From Fonticula-like sp. SCN 57-25 (Eukaryota): a stretch of 34,324 nt of DNA. This document shows positions 34,297-34,324 of this stretch, piece after piece. The notes under the pieces were generated by a model, which did not search any database, was not told where the DNA came from, and worked only from the letters and a program-made list of their open reading frames with translations. Every line of letters begins with the position of its first letter. Position 1 is the stretch's first letter. The DNA is taken from the NCBI GenBank assembly GCA_001724245.1, contig MEDX01000040.1, positions 1 through 34,324 on the forward strand, read 5' to 3'. The position numbers and the translations under genes were made by a program.

Positions 34297-34324
34297 GTAC
34301 ATTCTCCTCTCACGATGGCTCTGC

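Noticed and set aside
1-34324. Fragmented ORFs suggesting pseudogenes or a non-standard genetic code
   Set aside because: Each break I examined is explained by a short spliceosomal intron, and conserved motifs translate correctly with the standard code.

Overview
Gene-dense eukaryotic DNA, moderately GC-rich, from a compact-genome microbial eukaryote. Gene content (DNA-PKcs, TSC1, BRCC36, C-terminal-EH EHD, a minor-class intron) fits a non-Dikarya opisthokont or related protist, but this is inference. I find 18 protein-coding genes, most split by short (~40-60 nt) GT-AG introns with GTRCGY donors and CTRAC branch points, and often under 100 bp apart. In order: 3' part of PRKDC (DNA-PKcs), Alba/Rpp25-like, PhnZ-like HD oxygenase, CHRAC1/POLE4-like histone fold, ACAD10/11-type kinase ending in SKL, TSC1, inositol monophosphatase, FAAH2-like amidase, BAR-PH-PH-C2-RasGAP, ERG24/LBR sterol reductase, NAA60-like GNAT, ERG28, DPH2, cyclin H, EST1/SMG7-like, ZIP transporter, EHD, and the first exon of BRCC36. 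The most notable observations are: (1) an AT-AC U12-type intron with a deviant donor in PRKDC (5672-5808); (2) a ~370-nt strongly structured plus-strand intergenic RNA candidate with H/ACA-like hallmarks (~29700-30073); (3) an unusual BAR-PH/RasGAP fusion; (4) an intron-containing, bacterial-type PhnZ gene. Exon boundaries were inferred by eye and gene identities come from recalled motifs, not database searches.
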